Assembly (NCBI GenBank): GCA_032718475.1
Contig: JAUCBJ010008521.1
Location: 1-52,186 of the forward strand
Source of the DNA: Nemertoderma westbladi
Lineage: Eukaryota > Animalia > Xenacoelomorpha
Direction of reading: 5' to 3'
DNA length: 52,186 nucleotides
Shown: piece after piece, positions 33,488-43,868 of the stretch
Numbering within the stretch: position 1 is the stretch's first letter
Layout: each line of letters begins with the position of its first letter
Made by a program: the position numbers and the translations under genes
Notes under the pieces: model-generated
The model's input: the letters and a program-made list of their open reading frames with translations, nothing else
What the model was told of the DNA's origin: nothing
Database searches by the model: none

Positions 33488-35047
33488 TTGGAGGCGCAAG
33501 CGATGGGAATGGCTACATTAATCGATGCCTTAAAGACCAGGATCGAGTTACCACCCGTGGAACCATTCAAATTCGATGGAAGTAGGCCGGAAGAATACCT
33601 ACAGTTTCGGCGCATGTATAGTAATGAAATATTAACAAAGAATTTGACGCAGGCGGAGTGCCTAAAGTATCTGCAAGTATATACAGGGGGCCCAGCATAC
33701 GACATCGTGAGGCAATACCAGGGCATCGAGGGTGGCTTCACGACAGCATGGCGGGCATTAGACAGGGAGTACGGGCACCCGGCCAAGATCATCCGGCAGA
33801 CCCTGAGAGGTATAACATCGGGTGGCCTACAGGATAACCCCGTTAGCATAAAGACATTCGCTAACAAAGTCGAGAAGGCGCTAATCGTGCTAAAGACGCT
33901 GGACGCGCCATACGAACTCAACGCGTCTAACAACATCACTACGATAGCGCAGGCACTACCGATTTGGCTGCGCAATAAGTGGAGGAAAATCGCTTTCTCC
34001 ACTCGAGATAAGAAGGGTGCGGAACCGGGTTTAGAAGAGATGTCGAGCTTCTTAAACTATGAAGCTGAACTAATAACGGACCCAGTCTATAGCGAGGATA
34101 GCCTGGGAAAGGGACCAAAGACCGATTACCACAGGCCGAAACCAGAGCACAACGCGTCGAACGCATTGCCAAAGCTCAGACAGTCACTGCCGTACGCAGC
34201 AACGCAGGGGACTGCCAGTCCACAAGTAGCCGGGGGTAAGACCACATCATGGAGCGGACAGGGGAAAAATAACAACACAAATAAACATAACCCCAGCACG
34301 CCCAGTAGGCCGAACCCAAACAATAAGAATAGTAGGGACTTTGGTACAAACATAAGTGCGATATGCAACGCACTTTATAAGGACGGCTATAACCCAAAGA
34401 GCAAATGCCAACTACATACAAATGCACTTCATCAGACCATGAACTGCAGGTACTGGCAAGCGCTACCCAGGGAAGATCAGGTAGAATACGCGAGAAGAAA
34501 TGAAATCTGCTCGCGATGTGTGATGAGTGGACATAGAGCCAACCAATGCAAAGAAACGCCAATTAAGTTCGGTCAAAGTAAAGGTCAGACGATGGCAACG
34601 AGCACCGTAGGGGCAAAGAAGAGAGGAACGGTACTACTCGGGGTGGTACCGGTGCGAGTAATCGGGGAAGGCAATCGATCAGTGACCACACTAATGCTGG
34701 TCGACAGTGGAGCAGCCTTCACATTAGTTGAGGATTGGGTGGCCGAAGAGATAGGATTGAGAACGAGGCCAAGTAGAATGGTGGTAACAACCATCTCCAG
34801 CAAAGATGAGGTCCTGGAGATGAGGACCAGAAGGTGTGCGATAGCACCGGGATGCGACTATGGGGCGACCATCGACCCCATCCAGGTGATAGAGTCGATA
34901 AATATCAACGCCAGGCGGCCAACCAACATCGAGGTCGAACAATACAAATTCCTGGACAGTATCGACTTCTCAATCCCAGAGGTGGACGTTAGGAATGTAT
35001 CCATCCTAGTAGGAATGGACTGCCCGACGGCCCACGAGAGAATGTAA
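33488..35047 (+). CDS. BEL/Pao-type Gag core, zinc knuckles and aspartic protease
   Basis: PFKFDG...Y..F (DUF1759-like), AW.AL..EYG, knuckles CQLH...H....C and CSRCVMSGHRANQC, protease LVDSGAAFTLV, ILVGMD. PVAILTPLAWTLTGP follows just past the stop. Confidence 0.85.
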   Translation: MEAQAMGMATLIDALKTRIELPPVEPFKFDGSRPEEYLQFRRMYSNEILTKNLTQAECLKYLQVYTGGPAYDIVRQYQGIEGGFTTAWRALDREYGHPAKIIRQTLRGITSGGLQDNPVSIKTFANKVEKALIVLKTLDAPYELNASNNITTIAQALPIWLRNKWRKIAFSTRDKKGAEPGLEEMSSFLNYEAELITDPVYSEDSLGKGPKTDYHRPKPEHNASNALPKLRQSLPYAATQGTASPQVAGGKTTSWSGQGKNNNTNKHNPSTPSRPNPNNKNSRDFGTNISAICNALYKDGYNPKSKCQLHTNALHQTMNCRYWQALPREDQVEYARRNEICSRCVMSGHRANQCKETPIKFGQSKGQTMATSTVGAKKRGTVLLGVVPVRVIGEGNRSVTTLMLVDSGAAFTLVEDWVAEEIGLRTRPSRMVVTTISSKDEVLEMRTRRCAIAPGCDYGATIDPIQVIESININARRPTNIEVEQYKFLDSIDFSIPEVDVRNVSILVGMDCPTAHERM

Positions 35048-36059
35048 ACGGTCTTCGGCGAAGACAAGCAGTGTGACCCGGTGGCAATTTTAACACCACT
35101 CGCGTGGACGCTAACCGGCCCAATCAGAACCAATATACCATTCAGTGTAACCGAGACTTCAGGATGCATGGTGCCAGGGACTGTTGAGGAGGTAGAGGAG
35201 AGGCCAGAGACGGGCGATAGGGAGAGACAGCTAGAAGTGGAAGCAACACCAAGAGAGTGGGGAGTGGGGAGAATGGCTTGGATGCAGAAGATTTAGAGAC
35301 AATGGGTTGGAACAAGGGTCCCAGCAGGTATCGGTATGGTGACGGAGAGGAGTGGATGGCGAGATGTCCGGAGGAGTGTCCGGAGGAGTGTCCGGAAGAG
35401 AAGCCGGTCCGGTTGAGAGGCATACCGAAGAGGGAGAGGCCGAGTAAGAAGACAAAATGGAAAGGGAGAAGATGTGAGATGATTAGGCCAGGGGCAGAGA
35501 AGCCCAAGAGTAAAGATAACAAAGGAGCCAGGAAAGTAGAAGAAGGCGTGTTGCATACGCACGCGGAACCAACAGAGTGCGAGGGGGCATTACATGGGCA
35601 GACATCGTGTATACCGAAGGACAAACGGGGGTCGTCGAGGCCTTTAATGCCAGCGCACATATAAAGGGGGAGGCCAGCAGAGGTGGCATCTAAGATTAAG
35701 GATGAAAACAGGGGCGGCATTATACCGCCGAGCGACAAATTGAAGGGTGGCACTTTGCCACCAAGGGACGACCACATTGGAGATCAGTAATACAGAGAGA
35801 AGGCAGCACTTTCCAAATTTAAGGACAGGAGAAAAGGGAAGGTCAATTCCAAGAGAGTTGGAATTGACAAGGAGAGCGGGGCGAAGAATCAGAGGTCCTA
35901 CAAGGGGGCAGTGAGAGAATTGCCTTCTGGAGGGAGCACCATAGTATTTAGTCGTCCAAGTTTTGGACTGAGGGGGGTGGGATTGAGGGCGAGACGCCCT
36001 TCCCACACATAAAATAAAAAAAAATAATAATAATAAATAAAGAAAGAAAGAGTAAGTAG

Positions 36060-36650
36060 GCAGATGGAAGTTAGTTAGTTAGTAGTTAGAAGGTACGTAG
36101 TACCATTAGGCAGATAGTAAGAGTTAGTAAGAGGGTATGTAGTACCGTTAGTTAGTTAGAGAGAGTTAGAGGTTAGTAAGAGGGTACGTAGTACCGTTAG
36201 TTAGTTAGAGTGAGTTAGAGGTTAGTAGTAAGAGGGTACGTAGTACCGTTAGTTATTTAGAGAGAGTTAGAGGTTAGTAAGAGGGTACGTAGTACCGTTA
36301 GTTAGTTAGAGAGAGTTAGAGGTTAGTAAGAGGGTACATAGTACCGTTAGTTAGTTAGAGAGAGTTAGAGGTTAGTAAGAGGGTACGTAGTACCGTTAGT
36401 TAGTTAGAGAGAGTTAGAGGTTAGTAAGAGGGTACGTAGTACCGGTTAGTAAGAGTTAGTGGAGTTAGAGGTTAGAGGGTACGTGGTACCGGCTAGTAGA
36501 AGTTAGTTAGAAGTTAGTAAGAGGGTACATAGTACCGGTTAGTAAGAGTTAGTGGAGTTAGGGGTTAGAGGGTACGTGGTACCGGCTAGTAGAAGTTAGT
36601 TAGAAGTTAGTAAGAGGGTACATATTACCGGTTAGCAAGAGTTAGTGGTA
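36060..36650. repeat. TTAG-rich tandem array (49-bp units, then about 88-bp units) inside element B
   Basis: Unit AGGTTAGTAAGAGGGTACGTAGTACCGTTAGTTAGTTAGAGAGAGTTAG. Confidence 0.9.
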
Positions 36651-37103
36651 GAAGGGTATGTATGATGTAGATATTAGTTAGTAGTGAGCAGCAAGAGGGG
36701 GGCATATGAGTACAGCTGGATAAATCATGTAGGCCATGCAACGTATACTGTTGTACTGCACAAGCCCACAGAGTAGGCCAGAATGTGGATTATAAAGTAG
36801 AATAATCCATTAGCAGAAGTAGTAGCACAATAGTACGATTAAATTAAAATAAAATAGATAAGAAATTTCGAAATTAGACAAATTATGGTAACAGTAGGAA
36901 GAAAATTCTGGAACATAATTAAAGTAATGGACAAAATTACAATTTAGGGTACAATTTGGCAGTTTTAGAAATTAAGTAGTAAAAATTAGGCTATAACTCG
37001 GAGTTAAGTAAGAAATAGGCCATTGTCGAACTGTACAGACCATCCTAACCTTATCACTCATCTGTACTGCGCCTTGACAAGGCACCACCTTACAGGTGAG
37101 TGA

Positions 37104-38174
37104 GTGAGAGAGTTCGAAATGGCGGGGAAACTGATTATAAAGAGAAAGGCGAAGTTAGGAGGAAAGGAGATACTGGTGGATTTCACCGAGAGGCATCCGG
37201 AAGAGAAGACGAGGGGATACTACGAGCGGTTAGAGAGAGGTCACAAGGCACGAGTGCTACAGGACCATTTCAGGGAGGTGCACGAACAGCGGCTGGTCGG
37301 GACCTACGGGACGCCGTCGCTGGACAACATGATCTTCGAGCATTTCCACTACGTGGTGAAAGGAGACGAAGCGAAGTTCGGGATTCCGAAGTACGCAAGA
37401 GAGCCACCGAGAAAGGATTGGAAGAGGTTCGTAGAGTCCGTCAGCGGAGGAGGATACATGGTCCTAGACGATGAGGGGACCGTGGAGGACGAGGAGGGTT
37501 CGAGGAGAGGATCGGCGGGGTCGGCCAGAACCATACTCCTACATTTGGCCGCGCCAAATGGGGATATATTCCTATTCGATCTAGGGACGTATGGAAAGAA
37601 GGATGGGCCGAAGTTGAACCGGTTGCCGAAGGCGGTGCAAACCCTAGTGAGAGAGAAGTCGATGACGAAAGTGGGATCGGAGATTTGCGACGAGGCGGAG
37701 AGAATCATCGGTCCGGACACCCCTAACCTTCTGGATATGCAGACGGTCTACATGGCTATGACAGCACCAGACGGGTTGGGACTAGTGGAGAACACAGGCC
37801 ATTGCGAGGCGGTGGCGATGGGCCAGCTAATGGGGCTCGTGTGTCACAAACCGATGGATTGGGGTAAGTTCAGAGAGGAGTACGGAGCGGACTTGGCAAA
37901 CTCGCTGAAGTGGGGAGCGAGGCCAGGGAAACAAGAGGTGTATCAATTCCAGAGAGGAGCAATAAAGGTATATCAGAAGCGATATATCCTACAGGAGGAC
38001 TGGATAATGATGGGTTTGCTTAACCTATTCATGACCGTGGTTATCGAGAGGGAACCAACGGCATTCCTACTATCGGGATCACCCCTAAGCTACAGAAGAG
38101 CCTTCAAGATGGCTTTCGAGGGTCTGGTAGACCACCCGGGGCTGAAGGGCGAGTCGGTGTACTATAACAGCTGA
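37104..38174 (+). CDS. Putative DnaQ-like DEDDy 3'-5' exonuclease (WRN/EXD/mut-7-like fold), accessory ORF of element B
   Basis: ExoI-like MVLDDEG; LLHLA...IFLFDL...LP..VQTLV.EKSMTKVGSEICDE (ExoII-like); LLDMQ; ExoIII-like YQKRYILQED. Order and spacing fit the family. Recognised by eye only. Confidence 0.65.
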   Translation: MREFEMAGKLIIKRKAKLGGKEILVDFTERHPEEKTRGYYERLERGHKARVLQDHFREVHEQRLVGTYGTPSLDNMIFEHFHYVVKGDEAKFGIPKYAREPPRKDWKRFVESVSGGGYMVLDDEGTVEDEEGSRRGSAGSARTILLHLAAPNGDIFLFDLGTYGKKDGPKLNRLPKAVQTLVREKSMTKVGSEICDEAERIIGPDTPNLLDMQTVYMAMTAPDGLGLVENTGHCEAVAMGQLMGLVCHKPMDWGKFREEYGADLANSLKWGARPGKQEVYQFQRGAIKVYQKRYILQEDWIMMGLLNLFMTVVIEREPTAFLLSGSPLSYRRAFKMAFEGLVDHPGLKGESVYYNS

Positions 38175-38251
38175 CATCTGGTAGACGGGGAGGTAGATAG
38201 CCATATCAGAGATGGGAGCAGCTAGAGGCGGATAGATGAGAGGCGAAGCGA

Positions 38252-39684
38252 TTGGAAGAAATCGCTAGACAGGAGAGGAGAGAAGCAGAAGAAAGGGAGG
38301 AAGAAGCTAGGGCACAGAGCTACGGCTTCGAGGAACAGGCGGCTTTAGACGAACTTCGTTGGACGTCATCAGGGAGTTCGGGGGAGTCTCTAGGGCGAGA
38401 GTTAGGGTGGACGGTGGGATCACCGAAACAGTCGACATCGGGATTGCAGACGACGCCCATACCAGCGGGTGCCGAGGGCGATTACCCGCTAAGGAGGCTA
38501 GGGGAGCTGGAAGGATGGAAAGTCACGGGCGAGAGCCAAGGCGGGAAGGGACACAGTGGGTCCACCGGGATACCGGGGTTGGAGCCACTCCCAGAGGAGG
38601 ATGAGGATGACGACGAGTTCGGAGAGATGCCGCCCATTGGGAGGATCGGCCACTCGGACACGGACTGGGTTGGCGGGAGGGTGGTGACGGCCAGTGGGGC
38701 AAGGGCCTTCTGGGATAGACCCGGCAAGCGGGCCTGGGTGCATGAGGAGCCGGCGATGGATTTCGCGGGGAGCACCATCAGGTTGGGCGAGCAACCGGGA
38801 ACGGCACCACGGGTAGTATTCGGGGAGATGATGCCCGGGAGGGGCGAGGAGATCGATGTGGACAGGGACGCTAACATCCGGAAGTTCGCTTACCAGCGAC
38901 TCCACAGACCGCGGAGATCGCTTGGGACGAAAGACGACGTGGGGCGGGAGACATTGGTGCTCGGCTGTGACTACCGTGGGAGACAGACCCACCAGGAAAG
39001 GAGCTGTTTGTACCGGTTCCAGAAAGGAACTAGTTGTCTCTACTGCCGCGAGTCGAGCCACAGGATGGGGGCGTGTCCATGGTTGCACAACCGGTGTTCG
39101 AAGTGCAACTTCTGGGGACACTACGGATGCCAGTGCGACTGGATGGACGACGAAGAGAAGTTTAGGATCCTCGAGGAGTGGGCCGACGTCGGGGCCATGA
39201 CTCGGCAATGTATGAAGGCCCAGGAGTTCCGGTGGGGCTTCTTTAACATCAATCAGGAGGCCCACATGGAGATTATCAAACAGAGACTTCCGTTTACCTA
39301 CCAGGAAGTAGCGATGGCAGCGTCGTATGCCGGGGTGATAAATACGCAGAGGTATTTGGACAGGTGATGCCACAGAACAGAGGGGAGTTCAGAGATTTCT
39401 TGGCGGAGCATGTGCCGCGGGTGATGAAAGTGATCCTATGGGACGCCACCAGGGGGAGACAACAGGGCCACTCGGAGGGGCCACCCGCGATGCGATACCA
39501 GGAGCTAATAACACCAGCGCCCAAGGAGTTGACGACTGGAATTAGTAGAGAGGTGACGGCGAGGGTCAGGAGCCTGAAGGGAGACAAGACCAAAGGAGCG
39601 GCAGCGGCCAGGAAACGACCAAGGGAGGGGGACGACAGAGGGAAAGAGTTGAGATGGTTCCCAAAGTCGGGTGGAACGAACTAG
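38252..39684 (+). pseudogene. Acidic + triple CCHC knuckle ORF, probable C-terminal continuation of the exonuclease ORF
   Basis: Separated from 37104-38174 by stops and a frameshift, with an internal TGA at 39365. Knuckles CDYRGRQTHQERSC, CLYCRESSHRMGAC, CSKCNFWGHYGCQC; homologous to 5016-6300. Confidence 0.7.
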
Positions 39685-40365
39685 ACTTCGATGTGGCATG
39701 CCTGGAAGGCACCACGTGAGACGTGCGAACTCCTAAGTACAAATTCAAATAATTTAAATAATTGAAAAGTGCAATTAGTAGGTACGTACGTAATAATCAT
39801 CAGTTTAGCAAAATATAATCAAAGTAAGTACTATAGTCATACAACCTTTTTCCAATTAGCTACTGGGACTGGGGAACGATTGACTGTGACGAACGGGACG
39901 CTGGACGACTTCACACTTCTTGAGTGCGACGGCACAGGAGGGGGGTGAGGCTCGCCAGGAGTGAATGGTTGAGATAGGGGTCGAGTGATAACGCGAAGAG
40001 AGTGCGGGTGCAATTCAAGTGTGGGGGGGAGGAGTAAGAGGCAGAGTGAGGGACAAGGGGGTCCGAAGGTTAGAGCAAGAGTGAGGAGAAGTAGAGGAGA
40101 GTCAAGGTGAGAGTAGAGTGGAGTTAGAGTGGCGAAAGTGTTGGGGAAACAAAAATTGTGCGAGAGGAGCGCACGATCGGCCCGACACTGGACGCCAGGT
40201 AAACAGGGTAGCGATATCATACCCATAGGGAGCGGCCTGGAAAGCCGGCTCCGGAGAAAATAATTCCACCCCACACCCGATGGTAGATCGGGATCCAGCG
40301 GAATTGTAGCGCACTAGAGGTGGATGCTATCTTCTCACCGGGAAGATAGCATGGGGGGGGGGGAG

Positions 40366-40944
40366 TGTTAGCGTATTCAATTCCGCTAACCAGCCCACAC
40401 AAAGTTGGTTTTAAGCAATATTGGGAGCACGAGGTTGATCACCAATCAACCTCGTGTCACCCCAATAGACGGGGCGACAAACCCCAAAGGGAACACACAG
40501 CGGGGGTCAGAGGTTACACCTCCGGGAGGGAGAGAGTGATAGCAGCAGGGGGAAACACTCCCAGAGAGATGGGAGGGCGAGAAGTGAGTTATTAGCCAAT
40601 GGGGGGAAGGCATCCACTGAGTAATGTAATGCAGCCAACCAGTGCAATATATATTACCATTTGTTGTGCCAATTCATTCACTTGGTTAATCAGTTTTAGT
40701 TAGGGCAGAATGGGAACTCTTATTACCGTTCACTGCCGTCATCCATAATTCAGCTTTACTGGTACATTCACTCAGTTACAATTCTGCTTATACTTCACTT
40801 GTTAATTCTACATTTTATATATATCATTTTACAACAAAGTCGGAATAACTCTCAACAACCTAGAACTCTTTTCTTACACACACGGCGGGGAACGCGTAAA
40901 TCAGATAACCGGATAAACCGGGATCCTCGGTGGATCCCGTCACA
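40366..40944 (+). repeat. 3' LTR of family B
   Basis: Preceded by a G-run-AG PPT; TG...CA ends; followed by the TSD. Confidence 0.95.
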
Positions 40945-41208
40945 ATGTGTGCGTTTCATGTGTATCATGTTTAATATTACGTTTCACACGGGAAAAAAAT
41001 GGTCACAATTACATGATTACCAGTTCGATCCCACCTGGACTTCATTACCAACTTTTCAAAGATTAGACCGGCAGCCAGACTAACCTCCGACAGAGAGACA
41101 CGAGGTTGAGATTATTCTTATTATTATTAAATAAAAATTTACACCACAACATACTGTAGAACAAAGATAATATAAGCTGACAAATTAATTTATTATGATG
41201 ATGTTGAT

Positions 41209-42344
41209 TGTAAAAGCTTTTGCGGACATAACAAGTCATTTTTACGCAATGCGCAGAATAGCCCTAAAATATCTCTATTTCTATCGAATAGCTCTAAAAT
41301 AGCCCTAAAATTATTCAACTACGCATCAGAAAGGAATTAGAACCAAGATGACGAAATCTGTAAGCTGATTCTTTGTGTACATGGAAGTTCTTTGTTCTGT
41401 CTTATTCAGCCAATCAGAGCAATTTTCACTTTACAGCTAACAGAAACCTATCTAAGAAACTCGCGCAATGCATTATGGTCTTTATTATTATTTTCTGAGA
41501 ATTAGAACCAACTCAGAATTCTGTGCTTCTGTACGGAAGTTTCAGACTTTGGCCCGGAAAAATCTGATGGCCTTGGTTATAAGAACGTACATCTATTAAC
41601 CCACTCATAACATTGCATTTCACTCATCGTCACTCATTTCATACACATACTGACTGTTCACCGCACTATTTTACTTCTGTTTTATAGTATTAATTGTTGT
41701 TATATTAATGGATGTTGATGTTATATTTGGAGAATACCGATAAATAATCATAAACCCCTCAATCTTCTTGATTGCTGAGGTAAGAGGAATAGAGTCTACC
41801 GGTAACAACTGCGACTTAAATTATAGTGGTTTTGTGTGAATTAAATGCTATTTCATAATCCCTACGTGTGTCAGTTGCAATCCTCCTTATATATGATCAA
41901 ATTCAGTGACGGTCGGCAAATTAGTGTGAAGTAGTGTAAAGTCGTGTGAAGTAGTGTGAAGGTTAATAAAGCATCTCCTAAAGAATGCGCTATTTACGAA
42001 ACTCTGTGGCCATCTAGTTGTGATTAGTATAAGTCATAATTTTGTTTTTATACTTAAAGCACCACGTCCTAAAGGAACTGTCACTATTTCCCCGAAAGTA
42101 AATATAGTTGTCAGAGATTATATAGTATCGATCAATCGAATAATACAGTAGGTCTGCACTGCAATACTTCCCAAGGAATCCAAATCCAGTCTCCCACACC
42201 GTGGGTCATACGCCGCGCATAGACTGGCTTCGGCAGATGTAACTTCAGTACACCAGGTAATTGGTAAGGGCTAAAGTCGATTTATAAACAAGAGGACAAC
42301 TAAAATTGGCAGGTTAAACTGCTAAAGGTCTAAAAGCGTGAACA
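41209..42344 (+). repeat. Solo LTR, diverged member of family A
   Basis: TGTAAAAGC...GCGTGAACA; many conserved blocks with 2140-3369; imperfect 5-bp TSD TTGAT/TTAAT. Confidence 0.7.
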
Positions 42345-43569
42345 TTAATAGATTTAGTTCTTTATTGCGCAGTAGGCAATAAATATACTTTGTCTAATGT
42401 TCTGGTAAGAACATTAATAGATTTTAAGTTTCTTTATTGCGCAGTAGGCAATAAAGTCGAATGTACCGGTCGGACGGTAAACTGTAGGCCTGATCCGAAC
42501 CGGTACTTACAGGTACAGCAGTATTATTTCGATTGTGATATATTGTATATTAGTAGGCTGCTTAAGAGAGTAGGGACGGTACACCCCTTATTTCTTTTAG
42601 AGCTTACATATTTCTGTCAGTTTTATTTATCTGTAAGGGTAATATTGAGCAGAAGGCGTGTAAGCCTGCTCAGATTGTGTAAATAATTTATAGGCCGGAT
42701 TGTTGTCTAACTGTTGTTAGGTCTGAGTCGATTGCAGTGTATGTAGAGTGTCTGTCCGATAAAGTGCTAGTTAGGAAGGTGGAGGCATCCAGTGCTGTAA
42801 GGTAAATCCTCCCCGAAAGAATAAGTCGTACTACTTGGTTAGAACGCCTACTAACTAACCATTTCGGAGTCTGTATATACTGTAGTTTATTTAGGCTTGA
42901 CAGTAGTCTGCCAGCATTTGGTCTGTGTTTTATTTGAATAGTCTGTACGGGTAGCGTAATATTTATTATTCAGAGTTTATGCGAGTATTCGCAACCTCCA
43001 ATTCCCCAAGTTTATTCCTACAGTAATTGTGCTTGTTATACATACCGTTATAGTTAAATTAACCCCGGTACTACATCAGGGCTGCTTGGCGTAGGTAAAG
43101 AATGGTGATTTTGTGCTCCGGTCACTCCAGCAGATACCGTGGTTCTTTTGGCTCTTCACGTATATTTATGTAATATGGGACCCCTTATCGAACTACATAC
43201 AGTATGTATTGAAGGGACCTAATTTTAGGGACTACCGCGACTGGTACTTACAATGTTTTCACCTGGACTACCGCTACCGGTACTTACAGTGTGTTGTGTC
43301 CTATTGCAGATTATTTCTGATCTTAGGGTAAATTAATGATTATTACTACTGCTGTACCGTGGATTTTGGTTTTATCGGTATTCAATCAATGGAATTATGT
43401 TAATAAAAAACATATTGTTTATATTGTTCTGACATTATGATTTTGTCATTGTGGCAGCCTATGGCAAATACAATTTGATTTGATCTCGCTCAACCAGTCT
43501 TTCTGTTCACTAATTCATAATTAGGCCTACACAAGACCTAGAGTTTGAGTTATTTAGACTGGTAACATT

Positions 43570-43587
43570 TGGTGACCCGGACGAGAT
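43570..43587 (+). promoter_or_regulatory. Primer binding site, tRNA-Trp-like
   Basis: TGGTGACCCGGACGAGAT lies 2 nt after the LTR end and is close to the canonical tRNA-Trp PBS TGGTGACCCCGACGTGAT. Confidence 0.8.
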
Positions 43588-43868
43588 TTGTTTATATTTG
43601 TGTAATGCCCTCAATGTGTCTCTATCTGGAAGTACCGGTACTGATGATATGCCTACTGGCCTAATCCCTGAAGTCTGCTAGGCGTAGGCTGACCATTAAA
43701 AAAAGTAACCTACCAATGTATCCTATCTGGGCCTACTGTAATTGAAGCTTCAAGTACTGAATTACGGTTACACTGAGTGTTGAATTAGTTTACCGACTGG
43801 ACCAAGTACAGAAGTACTAGTACTGCAGTACAGCTATTATATTCTTAAGAGAACGAACGGCATTTAGA

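Larger units (their letters stand above)
29486..40944 (+). mobile_element. Full-length non-autonomous BEL/Pao-like LTR retrotransposon (family B), 11.5 kb
   Basis: Paired near-identical LTRs; 5-bp TSD ATGTG (29481-29485, 40945-40949); G-rich PPT; BEL-type gag/protease; no recognisable RT/RNase H/integrase core. Confidence 0.92.

Noticed and set aside
36060-36650. Interstitial telomeric repeat
   Set aside because: No run of perfect TTAGG/TTAGGG; the unit is a 49-bp composite.
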